64,000 nucleotides of DNA from Octopus vulgaris (taxonomy: Eukaryota), in the NCBI GenBank assembly GCA_951406725.2, contig OX597816.1:39556001-39620000 (forward strand), written 5' to 3'. Position 1 is the first letter of the stretch, and each line of letters begins with the position of its first letter. The notes under the pieces are model-generated. The model was not told the DNA's origin and ran no database searches. It saw nothing but the letters and a program-made list of their open reading frames with translations. Positions 1 through 13,407 of this stretch are shown in pieces. The position numbers and the translations under genes were made by a program.

Positions 1-207
1 TTTAGAAAAGAACATCATTTCAATAGAATCAAGTGTTTCACACTAACTGAAAATCCGGAACGTTCCCTGCAACAGATACAGGTCCTATACATTAAATTCC
101 ATTCAGAGATCTGAGATTATAGTTGAAGGTACCTATTCCAGGTTCTGCGCAAAGGGACTGAAACCGAAACCGAAACCATGTTGCGAAACGGAATTGTTTA
201 CTACACA

Positions 208-419
208 CAGTGGCGTAGTTAGAGTGTGAGCCATTCGAAGCAGTCCTTGAGTTTGCCGCCCCGTTCCGCGGTAAACATCGTATACAAGCTTAAACAGCGG
301 ACTCGAAAATGCCGCTCCAATAAAAGCGTCGTCCGGATAGGGTCACTCCCCGCCCTCCGCTCCCCTCACCCATCATTCGGCGCTCCACCCGCTCTGCCTT
401 CGCCCTTGCTGTTCTACTG
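208..419. mobile_element. hAT-like MITE inserted in a decayed family-A SINE
   Basis: Starts CAGTGGCGTAG, ends ...CTACTG. Near-perfect 8-bp TSD ACTACACA (200-207) / ATTACACA (420-427). Decayed SINE-A sequence resumes on both sides. Confidence 0.55.
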
Positions 420-675
420 ATTACACAGCTATACTCATGAACAGAATTACTCTGTAGGTCACAGATAACGATTCTGATCTTATTTGATAAATAAACAACG
501 TCTGAGTGCAGTCTATTATACAGAACTTCTTTGTCGAGTTTGGGCCTTCATGAAAGACAAGATTGCTGGCTACGTCGAATTATTCATTTACATAGAATTG
601 AATTATTAACAGTTTAATTTTTATTTTCTACAACCATGTATGCGATGTATAATTTTATGCTTCTGTATAAAATAT

Positions 676-1090
676 AGGCGCAGGAGTGGCTGTGTGGTAA
701 GTAGCTTGCTAACCAACCACATCGTTCCGGGTTCAGTCCCACTGCGTGGCATCTTGGGCAAGTGTCTTCTGCTATAGCCCCGGTCCGACCAACGCCTTGT
801 GAGTGGATTTGGTAGACGGAAACTGAAAGAAGCCTGTCGTATATATGTATATATATATAAGTGTGTGTGTATATGTTTGTGTGTCTGTGTTTATCCCCCT
901 AGCATCATTGCTTGACAACCGATGGCTGGTGTGTTTACGTCCCCGTAACTTAGCGGTTCGGCAAAAGAGACCGATAGAATAAGTACTGGACTTACAAAGA
1001 ATAAGTCCCGGGGTCGATTTGTTCGACTAAAGGCGATGCTCCAGCATGACCGCAGTCAAATGACTGAAACAAGTAAAGAGTAAAGAGTAA
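676..1090 (+). mobile_element. tRNA-derived SINE, family A (internal microsatellite, (TAAAGAG)n tail)
   Basis: A-box-like TGGCTGTGTGG and B-box-like GGTTCAGTCCC head. About 10 near-identical copies in the window. Confidence 0.9.
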
Positions 1091-1334
1091 ATATATTTTG
1101 TAAGCCAAGAATCTTTACATAGTCACTCTTACTTTAGCCCCACGTTCTCAGTGAAGCTTAGGCCATCAATAACTTTTCTCCACTGCTGTCGACTCGGTTG
1201 TCTTTTTTGTTTCTCTCCAGTTGAATCCCTGTTTTTCAGATCTGCCTCAGTGTTCTGCCTTATTGATTTCACTGTTGTGAGGCCCTCCACTCCTAGGATT
1301 TATCGGTTTCGAATTACACACACACTTTTTTACT

Positions 1335-1523
1335 ATTTTACTTGATTTAGTCATTTGACTGCGGTCATGCTGGATCACCGCCTTTTACTTGAATAAATCG
1401 ACTTCAGGACTTATTCTATCGGTCTCTATTTCCGAACCGCTAAACCACGGGGACGTAAACACACCAACATCAGTTGTCAAGGGATGGTGGAGGGGAACAA
1501 ACACAGACACACAAATACATACA

Positions 1524-1557
<34 letters not shown>

Positions 1558-1725
1558 CAAAGATCGGACTTCTTTCAGTTTTCGTATATCAAATCCACTC
1601 ACAAAGCTTTGGTCGGTCTGAGGCTATAGTACAAGACGCTTTCCCAAAGTACCACGCAGTGGGACTGAGCCCGGGACCAAGTGGTTTGGAAGCAAGCTTC
1701 ATACCACACAACCATTCCTGCGCCT
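1335..1725 (-). mobile_element. SINE family A
   Basis: Reverse complement of the 676-1090 family, tail-to-tail with it. Confidence 0.85.
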
Positions 1726-2012
1726 ATATATATCATCATCATGGTCGTTTAACGTCCGTTCTCCATGCTAGCATGGGTTGGACGGTTCGACCGGGGTTCT
1801 GGGAAGCCAGAAGGCTGCACCAGGCTCCAGTCTAAATTTGGCAATGTTTCTACAGCTGGATGCCCTTCCTAACGCCAACCACTCCGTGAGTGTAGTGGGT
1901 GCTTTTTACGTGCCACCTGCACAGGTGCCAGGCGGGGCTGGCAACGGCCACGGTCAGATTGGTGTATTTTATGTGCCACCGGCACGGAAGCCAGTCGAGG
2001 CGGTGCTGGCAT

Positions 2013-2470
2013 CGGCCACGAGTCGGATAGTGCTTTTTACGTACCACCAGACCAGGGATCCTGGCTGGTTCAATTCGATTTCGATTTCGCTTGCCCCAAC
2101 ATGTCTTCACAAGCAAAGGGGGTTGGCAAGGGTGCCTGTCGTACGGTCGCATTGGAGTATTTTACGTGCCACGGCCACGAGTCGGATAGTGCTTTTTACG
2201 TACCATCAGACCAGGGATCCTGGCTGGTTCAATTCGATTTCGATTTCGCTTGCCCCAACATGTCTTCACAAGCAAAGGGGGTTGGCATGGGTGCCTGTCG
2301 TACGGTCGCATTGGAGTATTTTACGTGCCACGGCCACGAGTCGGATAGTGCTTTTTACGTACCACCAGGCCAGGGATCCTGGCTGGTTCAATTCGGTTTC
2401 GATTTCGATTTCGCTTGCCCCAACATGTCTTCGCAAGCATGGGGGGTTGGCATGGGTGTCTGTCGTCGGA
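2013..2470. repeat. 159-bp tandem repeat (about 2.9 copies) in the RTE 3' UTR
   Basis: CGGCCACGAGTCGGATAG starts at 2013, 2172 and 2331. Confidence 0.9.
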
Positions 2471-2549
2471 TGAGGTTCTATATCGACTTCGCTTGCCTCA
2501 ACCGGTCTTTGTGTCCAAGGGAGGAAAGGCATTCATAAGTGGGCTGGGC

Positions 2550-3123
2550 TCACTTGTCCTGCCTGGTCTTCTCACGTACAGAATATTTCCAAAGGTCTCG
2601 GTCTCTGGTCATTTCCTCAGTGAGGCCTAAAGTTCGAAGGTCGTGCTTCACCACCTCGTCCCAGGTTTTCCTGGGTCTACCTCTTCCACGGGTTCCCTCA
2701 ACTGCTAGGGATTGGCACTTTCTCACACACCTATCTTCATCCATTCTCGCCACATGACCATACCAGCGCAATCGTCTCTCTTGCACACCACAACTGATGC
2801 TTCTTAGGTACAACATTTCTCTCAAGGTGCTAACGCTCTGTCGAGTATGTACACTGACATTACACATCCATCGGAGCATACTGGCTTCATTCCTCACGAG
2901 CTTACGCATGTCCTCAGCAGTCACGGCCCATGTTTCGCTGCCATGTAGCATGGCTGTTCGTACACACGCATCATACAGTCTGCCTTTTACTCTGAGCGAG
3001 AGGCCTTTAGTCACCAGCAGAGGTAAGAGCTCCCTAAACTTTGCCCAGGCTATTCTTATTCTAGCAGTTACACTTTCAGCGCACCCACCCCCACTACTGA
3101 CTTGGTCACCTAGATAACGGAAG

Positions 3124-3125
<2 letters not shown>
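2550..3125 (-). pseudogene. RTE LINE reverse transcriptase C-terminal fragment
   Basis: FRYLG...RIRIAWAKFREL...LHGSETW...RRLRWYGHVARM...RGRGRPRKTW. Truncated at (TA)n. Confidence 0.9.
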
Positions 3126-3182
<57 letters not shown>

Positions 3183-3289
3183 GACACACGCATATATATA
3201 TATATTTATATATATAAATATATGTGTATACACACACACACATATAAATATATGTGTATACACACACACACATACACACACATATATAT

Positions 3290-3834
3290 ACATAAAGCAG
3301 AGTGTGTATGTGTGTGCGTGTGTGTGTTTGTGCGGCTATTCCCTATGGATTCGAAAACGGAGTTGCCGATTTTGACGTATAAGGTATCAAAAGATTCAGT
3401 AATCTTTAGGCTACCAAATAAAGTATGTTTTTTGTACAACTCTTTTTTACTTTAAAAATAACCTCGCAAACGAGATCGGGTCGCACAATTTTGAGGTCTT
3501 TAGTTAAGAGGGGCTGCTCTGCCTGAACAATCTTTATGTCTTAGATAGGGCATAACGAGAAAATGTTTAAGATACATAGAGCTTTACCAGGAAATGAAAC
3601 TTCGAAGATATACTGTCAACTTTATTAGTATTATTTAGTAGATAATCTTTTAATCTGAAGTATGCGTGTCTGTGTTTTGTTTAGCCCAGAGTTGCCTCTG
3701 ATGTAGGAAACCCATCGCATAGTTTTTTTCTTCTTCCTGAAATACTGTAATTATGTGTCTTTCTTTTGATGAAAGGGGATGTTTTAAGAGAGATTTGATT
3801 GTATTTGTAGTAGCTCAAGTTACCACAGAGACAC

Positions 3835-3901
<67 letters not shown>

Positions 3902-4328
3902 TGTGTGTGTGTGTTGTTGTGGTGAAGAAAGTATTTTTTCTCAGAATATTTTGCACAATAATCTTTAAAGAAATCTGGACATCTTTCTTACTGCTAACCA
4001 GTCAACTTCAAATTACAATTGTTAATTGTTGGAAGTCAAATAGGCTGAGATGTTCATATAATGTATAGAGTGGAAGTCCAATACGAAGTTTTGAACTCAT
4101 TATCTTCTGGTTAGTAATCTATTACCTTAAATTTGTAACTATTAAGTCTTTAAACATTATTTTACAGAGTTTAAGTCTTTCGACTGTCGCCATGATGAAG
4201 GTATCACTTCAAAAATTTAATCATACTGATCTCAGTACGTATTTCAATCTGGCATTTATTTTAACGATCTCTGCTCGATGAACTTCTAAGTTTGAAACAT
4301 AGTGGGACAATACTCGATTTAACAACAA

Positions 4329-4361
<33 letters not shown>

Positions 4362-4680
4362 CACGCGCGCGCACACACACACATTAGGTGCAAGAATGAC
4401 TGTGGTTGAGAAGTTTACTTCCCAACCACTTGGTTCCACGTTCAGTCCGTCTGATTGGTACCTGAGGTATGTGTTTTCTACTATCGCCCTATATAGACTT
4501 GTGACTGAATTTTGCTAGACGGAAACTGCAGCGTTGTTCACATGAAAATGACCGAAAGACATGGTTATAAGGAATTATTTGCTTCATACCCCTCGTGTAC
4601 CGATTGTGCCCATAAGAAAGGAACAAGTAATACAATGTAGCTGTAGGGTCATAACACCCGGGCAACGTCGGGGTGCATTG

Positions 4681-4684
<4 letters not shown>
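3290..4684 (+). mobile_element. Non-autonomous Helitron-like element with nested insertions
   Basis: 5' part matches 9310-9405 (reverse). 3' end has GC hairpin CCCGGGCAACGTCGGGG then CTAG|T, as at 36612-36639. Confidence 0.5.
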
Positions 4685-4735
<51 letters not shown>

Positions 4736-4741
4736 ATATAT

Positions 4742-4946
4742 AATATGGGTGGCTAATTCCTAATTTTACAGCTTAAACAGAGAAATGTATTCATCATTAA
4801 GTGAACAAGGGCACTAACCAGCACCAGTATTGCTAGAAATAAGAGTCAAAACAACTCAATAGCCACAAATAGCACTATCTTAATGAGCTGACAAGGGAGA
4901 CGACAAGTCCCCTACGGTCGCAGATAGAGTTACATCACCATGATTT

Positions 4947-4950
<4 letters not shown>
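4742..4950 (-). mobile_element. Inverted partial copy of the 360-nt HHR element, spanning its monomer junction
   Basis: Reverse complement matches about 6005-6165 and continues into about 5806-5855. Bounded by microsatellites. Confidence 0.75.
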
Positions 4951-5043
<93 letters not shown>

Positions 5044-5378
5044 AACGGCATTCAATTTTAGTTGTAACGAGAGAAATTGATTGGTAAACAATGTTATGAT
5101 ATGTCGGTGGAGGCAGTGGTAATGATAATAATTTGTGATTATAATTGTTTACTATAGGATGTGAAAGATGGACAGTGCATGATGTTTTAAGTAAGTATTT
5201 ATTTACCGTTACGTTACAAATACCTTGCCTCGACGGGTAGGCTATGATAAATCCAAAAGCATGCGAAGTAAAGTTTGTGTTTGTGTCCTCTCCATTGTTT
5301 AGTAGTAAGTACAGAGAGAGATAGAATGATGTTGTAAGAGAACAGAATTGGAGCTAGTGAGAATTGTAAGGTGTTGTC

Positions 5379-5452
5379 TCACAGCTGCTTTCTCCCTCTG
5401 ACCAAGGTTCTAGCTGGTCAGCCAGACTTCGTTGCGTCTTCATCGACTGTGA
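5379..5452 (-). ncRNA. Decayed hammerhead-like motif
   Basis: Stem I TCACAG/CTGTGA encloses TCGATGA ... GAAA. Core and stem III are mutated. Confidence 0.35.
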
Positions 5453-5766
5453 TGAACTGATTTTTGCTTGGTATGTGCTGGCTTATATAACTATCCAGAA
5501 GGATAGATATATCATTAAAAACAATAGATTTAGTTGGTGGTCTTGTTATCTCCACTCTAGCTTTTGGTGAAGTAGAAAAGGTTAGAAAGGGTCAAGTGGT
5601 GAAGACATTAATTCGGCCTAGCTAAAGGCATCTGGAAAATATAAAACTGCTGTCAGAGAAAAACCATTGTTCCACCATGGGAACAGTTCTGTTGCAGGGT
5701 TAATTTAAATTTGGCTATGGTGGATCGAATCCACTTCATGCATGCAAGATTCACTACATATATATT

Positions 5767-6165
5767 TACTGGTGCAGATTAGTGTCCCTGTTCACTTTAG
5801 TGACGTATATATTTCTGTTTTCAGGTTGTAAAATTGCGAATTAGCCACCCATATTATTTATAATTCTAATACTACCGTTTATGAAATCAGTATATGATTT
5901 CAACGGAGATCTTATGAGCTGACAAGGCGACAAGGCAGGATGAGTTTATCCCTCGGTGCGGTGAGAGCTACTGATGAGCATTAAGGTGCGTTAAGCACCA
6001 GAATGTGAAATCATCGGTGATCTAGTTCTATCTGTGACCGTAAGGGGGCTTGTCTCTCTTGTCAGCAGCTCATTAAGATAGTGCTTTTTGTGGCTATTGA
6101 GCAGTTTTGACTTTTATTTCTAGCAATACTGGTGCTGGTAAGTGCCCTTGCTCACTTTAGTGACG
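5767..6165 (+). mobile_element. Retrozyme-like element, 360-nt monomer with about 39-nt terminal redundancy
   Basis: TACTGGTGC...CACTTTAGTGACG at 5767-5805 and 6127-6165. One HHR lies between them. Confidence 0.75.
5963..6030 (+). ncRNA. Type I hammerhead ribozyme, canonical core
   Basis: Stem I AGAGCTA/TAGTTCT. CTGATGA 5971-5977. Stem II GCATT/AATGT plus GGTGC/GCACC. GAAA 6007-6010. Stem III ATCA-TCGG-TGAT. AUC site, predicted cut after 6022. Confidence 0.85.
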
Positions 6166-6170
6166 CACAC

Positions 6171-6268
<98 letters not shown>

Positions 6269-6457
6269 GCAAATTTTCTGGCAAGGATGGAGTATTTCTC
6301 TTTGCAAACAAGTATATTACAGGTTTTCGAGCCAATGTTGTGTCTTACTTTGCATTAGTAGTCCGATATTCTCACTTTTAAGTTTATCTCTATAGATTTC
6401 CTATAGTATTGAGACTCAGCACTTCAAGTTACGACGTTTCTTTACACACACACACAC

Positions 6458-6530
<73 letters not shown>

Positions 6531-6548
6531 CACGTTTCTTTACATATA

Positions 6549-6599
<51 letters not shown>

Positions 6600-6604
<5 letters not shown>

Positions 6605-6780
6605 CAATTTCTTTTCCTCTGTCCTCCCACCTCGGGATCTTTCTTTCTCCTATGTTTCCGACGAAGAGCTCCGCTCGAAACGTCATACCCTCCTTCTTCC
6701 CTTCTTTCCTGAGCGTCCAATAATACTTTATTTGTTCCACATCCTCTCGTTGTTGTCTTTTTGTTTTCTTGTTTCGATTA

Positions 6781-6785
<5 letters not shown>
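6600..6785 (+). mobile_element. Short (TA)n-embedded element with a minimal, decayed HHR motif
   Basis: CCGACGA-A-GAGC-TCC-GCTC-GAAACGTC at 6658-6684. Relatives at 11467-11710, 12415-12510 and 17897-18118. Confidence 0.55.
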
Positions 6786-6827
<42 letters not shown>

Positions 6828-6831
<4 letters not shown>

Positions 6832-7136
6832 TAGGGAAGAATGGAGCTGAACGAAGATTTAACAAAATTCCTTTATTTTATTTTCGACATATGTTTCGAA
6901 AATAAAATAAAGGAATTTTGTTAAATCTTCGTTCAGCTCCATTCTTCCCTATACTTAATATATTAAACTTCAAATTTCCGCACTAGGGCACGGAGTTTAT
7001 GCCCTATGGTCGTAACTTCAACCGTGCTTTTTCTGTTGTGAGTTTGCTACCCAGGTATCGGTTATCTTTCGAATTATCCGTAATAAGATAATTCATTTGA
7101 TCTCAGCCGGGCGTTTGTTTTTATTGAGAAACCTAG

Positions 7137-7139
<3 letters not shown>
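6828..7139. mobile_element. Fold-back element: perfect 60-bp inverted repeat plus unique tail, between (TA)n tracts
   Basis: Arms 6828-6887 and 6896-6955. Apex on the minus strand reads GAAAC-ATAT-GTC, the 3' half of an HHR. Related fragment at about 7215-7262. Confidence 0.75.
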
Positions 7140-7216
<77 letters not shown>

Positions 7217-7415
7217 GAAAGAATGGAGTCGAACGAAGATTTAGGATAATTCATTCACCTACTTATATATATATATATATATATATATAAATACACACAC
7301 ACATAGATAGACACTCACATACGCACACATACATATATGCATATACACACATTCATATTCAAGAATATTCATACATACATATATATGCATGTGTATGTAT
7401 GCATATATATATGTA

Positions 7416-7518
<103 letters not shown>

Positions 7519-7644
7519 AATCAACCGAAATTGTGAGGATAATCTGGTGCTTGACTGAAGAAAGAAAACTTCGAATGACCCGTCCTTGTTTTCTTTGTAT
7601 CGTCTATCTAGATGTTTTGTTGTTCCTTTTTGTATCACTTAGAA

Positions 7645-7826
7645 TCGTTAGCATGCTGGGCAAAATACTTGAGCGGTATTTCACCTGTTCAAATGTCACC
7701 GAAGTCAACTTTGTCTTTCATCCTTTCGGGGTCAATAAATTAAGTACCAGTGAGACACTGGGGTCGATGTAATCGACTGGTCCCATCCTCCAAAATGTCA
7801 GGCCTTGTGTCTATAGTAGAAAGGAT
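7645..7826 (+). mobile_element. SINE family B, diverged copy
   Basis: Core TCATCCTTTCGGGGTC..TAAATTAAGTACCAG, shared with more than 20 copies in the window. Confidence 0.8.
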
Positions 7827-7829
7827 TTG

Positions 7830-8156
7830 ATTGTTCTGGTCTTAACATTGGTAAGAATAGAAGTCATTTGACGACATCTTTTTGTTTGTAATTGGCTATC
7901 CTGTTGCAGGTTCAACCCAAGGAATATTGAAATAAAACCCATCTTGTCCACTGAATATTATTATTATACTGGAGAGCATCATAAGAGGGATGAGTCTGAA
8001 ACACGTTTAAGGTTCTTATCTTGAACACGAATGAAACTATCATCATTTTCAATGGGATCACCAAGCATAAGGATGGCTACTTCATTCGATGTAGGCTCAT
8101 TAAAACAGCATAAATGTTCTTTACTATAGTCTACTATAGACGTAATAAACGCAGAA

Positions 8157-8250
<94 letters not shown>

Positions 8251-9402
8251 AATTGATATTATTGAAAACAGCAAAACGCACACACACGAATTTCAAGCGA
8301 AACGAAGTGTAGTCTATATAGGTGCAAAACATACTTTCTGTAGCATAGTTATGCTATAAAAAAATGTGAAGTCACCAATTTAGCAAAAGTTAGCATGCGT
8401 CACCAATGTAAGAAAGGACAGAAAGTCAGCATTTATTTGGAACATGTACTAAATGTTATAAAATTCACGATTGAATGAATGTCACAGCGAAGAAAGTGAA
8501 AGTGCAAGAAAATTCAGAAGGCATAATACAATTTTTCATACAAAAATAATTTATTTTACAATTTTGAAACGAACGCTGAACCAAGTGTATAGAAAGGAAG
8601 ATGCTGTTTTTGAACTGTGTAACATTGTAGGCTGTAGAATAAATACTGAATAACGCAGTAAAAAGGTTGTGCGACGTTGATACTCACAGTGATGAAGAAT
8701 ACAAGGACTGTTAAAAAAAATTACCTTGAAACTGGTTAGAAGGAGTGGAATAACATTTCTGTAATTATACTGAAAGAGCCGCTGCGGCTTTCTGCTTCTC
8801 CAAGTTTCCTAATTTGTTATAATAACCAGAATGATATATATATTTTTAGATATATATCCGAGGCAAATCTTCATGTTGGTAGTACTTGAAAGTGAACGTT
8901 GTTCTTTGTTTGAAGTCCTGGCCGCAAGTAAACTTTCAATATCGGCGCGTTTCACCGTTGGTGGTGGTGGGTTACATACATAAACTAAGAGACATACACA
9001 CACACGTACATTAACGCACACATGAAGCCTATCTATGTCCCTGTGTGTGACTATCTCTGTCTTTAGATGTGTGTGTGTGTGTGTGTGTGTGAGTCGTCAC
9101 AAAAATGTATGTATACTGACAGACACATACACCGTCACACGCATATACTTGTCACTCATCGGTATAACGTAGGTAATGAACGTGCAAACAGATTCATATA
9201 GAAAAATGTGACGTCATCGTCATTCTGGTGGTGATATAAAATGTCGTTTACGATAGGTAACTAAAAGAAAAATGATAATGTTAATTTTTTGTAATGCAAA
9301 TATGTGAATGAAAACATAGTTTAGTTGGCAGCCAAAAGCTTAATGAATCTTTTGATACCCTTACGTCAAAATCGGCAACTCGGTTTTGGAATGCATAAGG
9401 AA

Positions 9403-9441
<39 letters not shown>

Positions 9442-9492
9442 GCACACACACACACGCACACACGCATACAAACTCTCTTTTATAGTTATAGA
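7830..9492 (-). mobile_element. Decayed Helitron with Rep/helicase remnant
   Basis: Minus strand at about 7900-8125 reads EH..FNEPTSNEVAIL..G...D..L.RVS....YDALQY, a region typical of Helitron RepHel proteins. TC-type start near 9492. Confidence 0.6.
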
Positions 9493-9549
9493 TAAATATA
9501 TATGTATGTATATATGTATATATGTATCGTATGTATGTATGTATGTATG

Positions 9550-9580
<31 letters not shown>

Positions 9581-9911
9581 TGAAATGTTTTTTCGAACGT
9601 GACAGCGTATGTTAACTGTTACTTAAAACGTACATAACAGCATGTATCTCCACCTTCTAATCGTGTATTAAGCATAATTTATCCTCAGATTTTTCTTTGG
9701 TATAATGTACATTTGAATGAATTACAGAGCATATATCAAAGAGCAGAACAAAACAGGAGATTCGATTAAACTTTTTTATTATAATATCACTAATATAATC
9801 TTCACACTGTTTTACTTGTGAATAGTAGTATGCCATTTTGTAATCATTGGCAGCTCTCAGTCTGGCTCTGCCTACCAACTGACCTTGATAACTAACAATA
9901 GATTAATTAGT

Positions 9912-10016
9912 AATTTCTTCTGATGATCTGGTGTTCCGAGGTAATTATGCAACTAGTCTATGGAACAGTTACCGCGTGGCATAGTAGTATACGATAACGA
10001 AACACGTGTAGAGATT
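9912..10016 (+). ncRNA. Partly decayed type I HHR with long stem II
   Basis: CTGATGA 9920-9926. Inner helix TGTTCC/GGAACA. GAAAC-ACGT-GTA 9999-10010 with palindromic stem III. Weak stem I. Confidence 0.5.
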
Positions 10017-10327
10017 ATATAAAAAAGGTTAACCGAATCTCTCATTTTATTCTATTTCCATACACATATATATATGTATAAATATATGATATCGAAGACG
10101 AAAGAAATCGTAACATCACCTGTGGAATTCGAACGCTTTCTCTGTTGCAAACCGTATAAGCTATGCTATCCACTACACAAGAACAGCAGCAGGTCTTTGA
10201 CCGTCCAATTTAGACTTAAGCTAACCAGCTAAGATTACACATACCAACGACCTGTCAACGGGGATCTCAATCCACACATTACCGAGGTGTGTGGTATTTT
10301 ATATCTATATCTATATCTATATCTATA

Positions 10328-10385
<58 letters not shown>

Positions 10386-11179
10386 TTATTCTTTTATTCT
10401 TATACACACACACATGCATACATAATATAGAGGAACAAGTATGATGATACATAAAAAAGTCTATAAAATTGACCAAAATAGGAAAAATAGTGTTTAAATC
10501 TTTAAATCTCATCAAAAAAATTGTTAAATATTAAACCAGCGCAAAATCTTGTTTCAGTTAGGAAAATGTCTTAGAAAGATAAAATTTAAACAGTGAGAAT
10601 TCTATAACGGGTAAAAATAAATGAAGAAAGAAAAGCAAAAGAGAGAGGGAGAGAGGGAGAAAAAGAAAATTTGAGAGCGAGAGAGAGAGAGAAAGTGCAT
10701 GTGTGTTTGTGTGTGTGCGTTACGTTATCTGTAACCTCAATTAACCTCAATGGAAACTCTGTAAAAAGTGTTCTGTTTTTCTTATCAGTCATACAACAAA
10801 TTGGTGGTTTGGCTTTTGAGTGGAAGTTTCTCTTATCAATTTCGAAGAATGAGGAATGTGTTGTGGTTAGGGTTCTTAGATGTTTGCTTTATCGTCTGTG
10901 CCGTAGAATCGAAATCGTGAATACATGTATAATGTATGTATTCATGCACAGAGTTTCGCTTCTACAGTTCAGATGCACTCATATATGCAAAAACGAGTAA
11001 TAGGTTGTTTTGCTCGAGATCGGAGCTTAATCGAGCAAACCTATAATAAAGACAATCCGGTTGGGATAATCCAGTATTCTTATTTTTTTGTCTTAGGAAC
11101 GGTGCATCCAGAATTTGCTCTATGATGGTAGTGTGATTTGGTTAGTATTTCAAGCGTGTAGACTCCTTCATTGACTTGC

Positions 11180-11466
<287 letters not shown>

Positions 11467-11710
11467 AGTTGCCATGACTGACCACTAAATCCACAAGTTT
11501 TTTTTTTATTCTCTCTCTTTTTTCTCTCTCTCATTTTACTCTCTCTGTTTATTTCCCCGTGTTCCTTTCTAGTGAAGAGCGTAGGCTCGAAACATAAAAG
11601 ACTTTCTCACCTTCCCGTGTGTCAAACTAATACACCTACCTGTTGTTTATACACCTACCTGTTGTTTATACACCGGTCTTCGTCTTTTGTTTTTCTGTAA
11701 ATTTCAAGTA
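11467..11710 (+). mobile_element. Short element with decayed minimal HHR (same group as 6600-6785)
   Basis: CTTT-CTAGTGA-A-GAGC-GTAG-GCTC-GAAACATA-AAAG at about 11565-11600. Confidence 0.5.
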
Positions 11711-11714
11711 TCTC

Positions 11715-11789
<75 letters not shown>

Positions 11790-11802
11790 GTCTATCTATC
11801 TA

Positions 11803-11854
<52 letters not shown>

Positions 11855-11901
11855 CCTGCCTGCCCGTCTGCCTACCAGCCTGTCAGTCTCTCTCTTATAT
11901 A

Positions 11902-11937
<36 letters not shown>

Positions 11938-11984
11938 TGTATGTATGTATGTATGTATGTATGTGTGTATGTATGTATATTGAG

Positions 11985-12334
11985 TAGATAGGGATAAAAT
12001 ATTCTGGCGGGTACCGCATGGAGCACTCAGTTATAATTCGGGCTCAGGCTAACCGCATCGAGTTGTAAGGAGCACCTAGGATTAGATAGGGTGATCTTGG
12101 GTTCACTTCGTTGGATTACGAATATTTTACTGAGTGTATAGCCAAAACAATTACAATTAATACGGAAATAAGTACATTTGCATTTTTAAAAATATTTCTA
12201 CAGTCAATTATACAGCATATTACATTTAAATTTGTCCGACGCACGTCGGAAACAGGCATCAGACAAATTTAAACTAAACATGCTGTAGAGATACAAAAAT
12301 ATGCAGATGTACTAATCACTGCTTTCATTGCAAT

Positions 12335-12338
<4 letters not shown>
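11985..12338. mobile_element. Unique tail plus imperfect fold-back next to (TA)n
   Basis: Inverted arms at about 12171-12312 (AGTACATTTGCAT...ATGCAGATGTACT). Same layout as 6828-7139, mirrored. Confidence 0.5.
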
Positions 12339-12417
<79 letters not shown>

Positions 12418-12519
12418 TCCTGCTTCCATATTTCCTGAGCGCCTATTAATAATAATACTGTAATTGTTCCATTGTTGTTGTTTTTTTGTTCTCCCGTTTG
12501 GATTAAAATTATATATATA

Positions 12520-13085
12520 TATATATTATATAAAATCCGTCCTGTCTGTCTCTGTGTGTGCCTTCTAGGATCTCGGGCATCCTCCATCCGATTACGCTCA
12601 AATTTGATATGTAGATACCGGCGGTATCAGGGCGTGTATAAGTCTTGAAAAAATAACAAAAATTGATTCCAGGTGAGAATGCGATCGATTAAGCCGTATG
12701 AACGTGCATTTGTAAAATCGTTTTTCTTGGAAAAGAAAAAAACTCTATCTTTCTTTCTTCTTTTGCTGGTGTCTCAAATTTAGGTTAAATCAGTGTTTCC
12801 CAAAGGGGAGGCATATGGGACTGTCGGACAAGTTGTTTTGAGAAAATATGGTTTAAATGTTTGACAACTCAGCACCATTCATTGGACGGGGGTCGTTTTG
12901 CTCGTGTATATATGTTATGATTTGACGGTCAATCGTGCCTTCAAATCAACCTCCGAGAAAGCGAATAGATTGTTATTACATGGCACGTATAACATCACAC
13001 GGTATGACGCTTAACATTGTATGGAATACAATTATAGTCCCTTTACGGAAACAATTGTAATGTCAATTTGACTCCTTTAGATTAT
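12520..13085 (+). mobile_element. Helitron-like 5' portion
   Basis: TATATAAAA followed by TGTCTGTC, like the starts at 36127, 44140 and 45358. No 3' end seen. Confidence 0.35.
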
Positions 13086-13091
13086 TACTTA

Positions 13092-13168
<77 letters not shown>

Positions 13169-13407
13169 CAATTACAAAGAATAAAGAGACTGGTATATCT
13201 TCAAGTTTTTCTTTTAATTTAACAGTTAGTTATACAGCATAGTTCGTCAGGATCATTTTAACTAACAATGCGAACACGGATTTACCCACCAGAAGAATTA
13301 CAATCGGTTGCTCATACTAAGCTATCATTGACGTTTATTACCACTTGATATGGTTAACTGAAACCTGGAATATACTTGGGAGCCATCACGGTACTCGCTT
13401 GGATAAT

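Larger units (their letters stand above)
1731..3125 (-). mobile_element. 5'-truncated RTE-clade LINE (ORF C-terminus, long 3' UTR, (GAT)n tail)
   Basis: RTE-type protein end at 2550-3125. UTR contains tandem repeats and ends in a short (GAT)n at about 1731-1742. Confidence 0.88.

Noticed and set aside
1778-2538. 231-aa and 145-aa plus-strand ORFs with internal repeats
   Set aside because: They are antisense to the RTE 3' UTR. The repeats come from a 159-bp (53-codon) tandem unit, with no protein motif.
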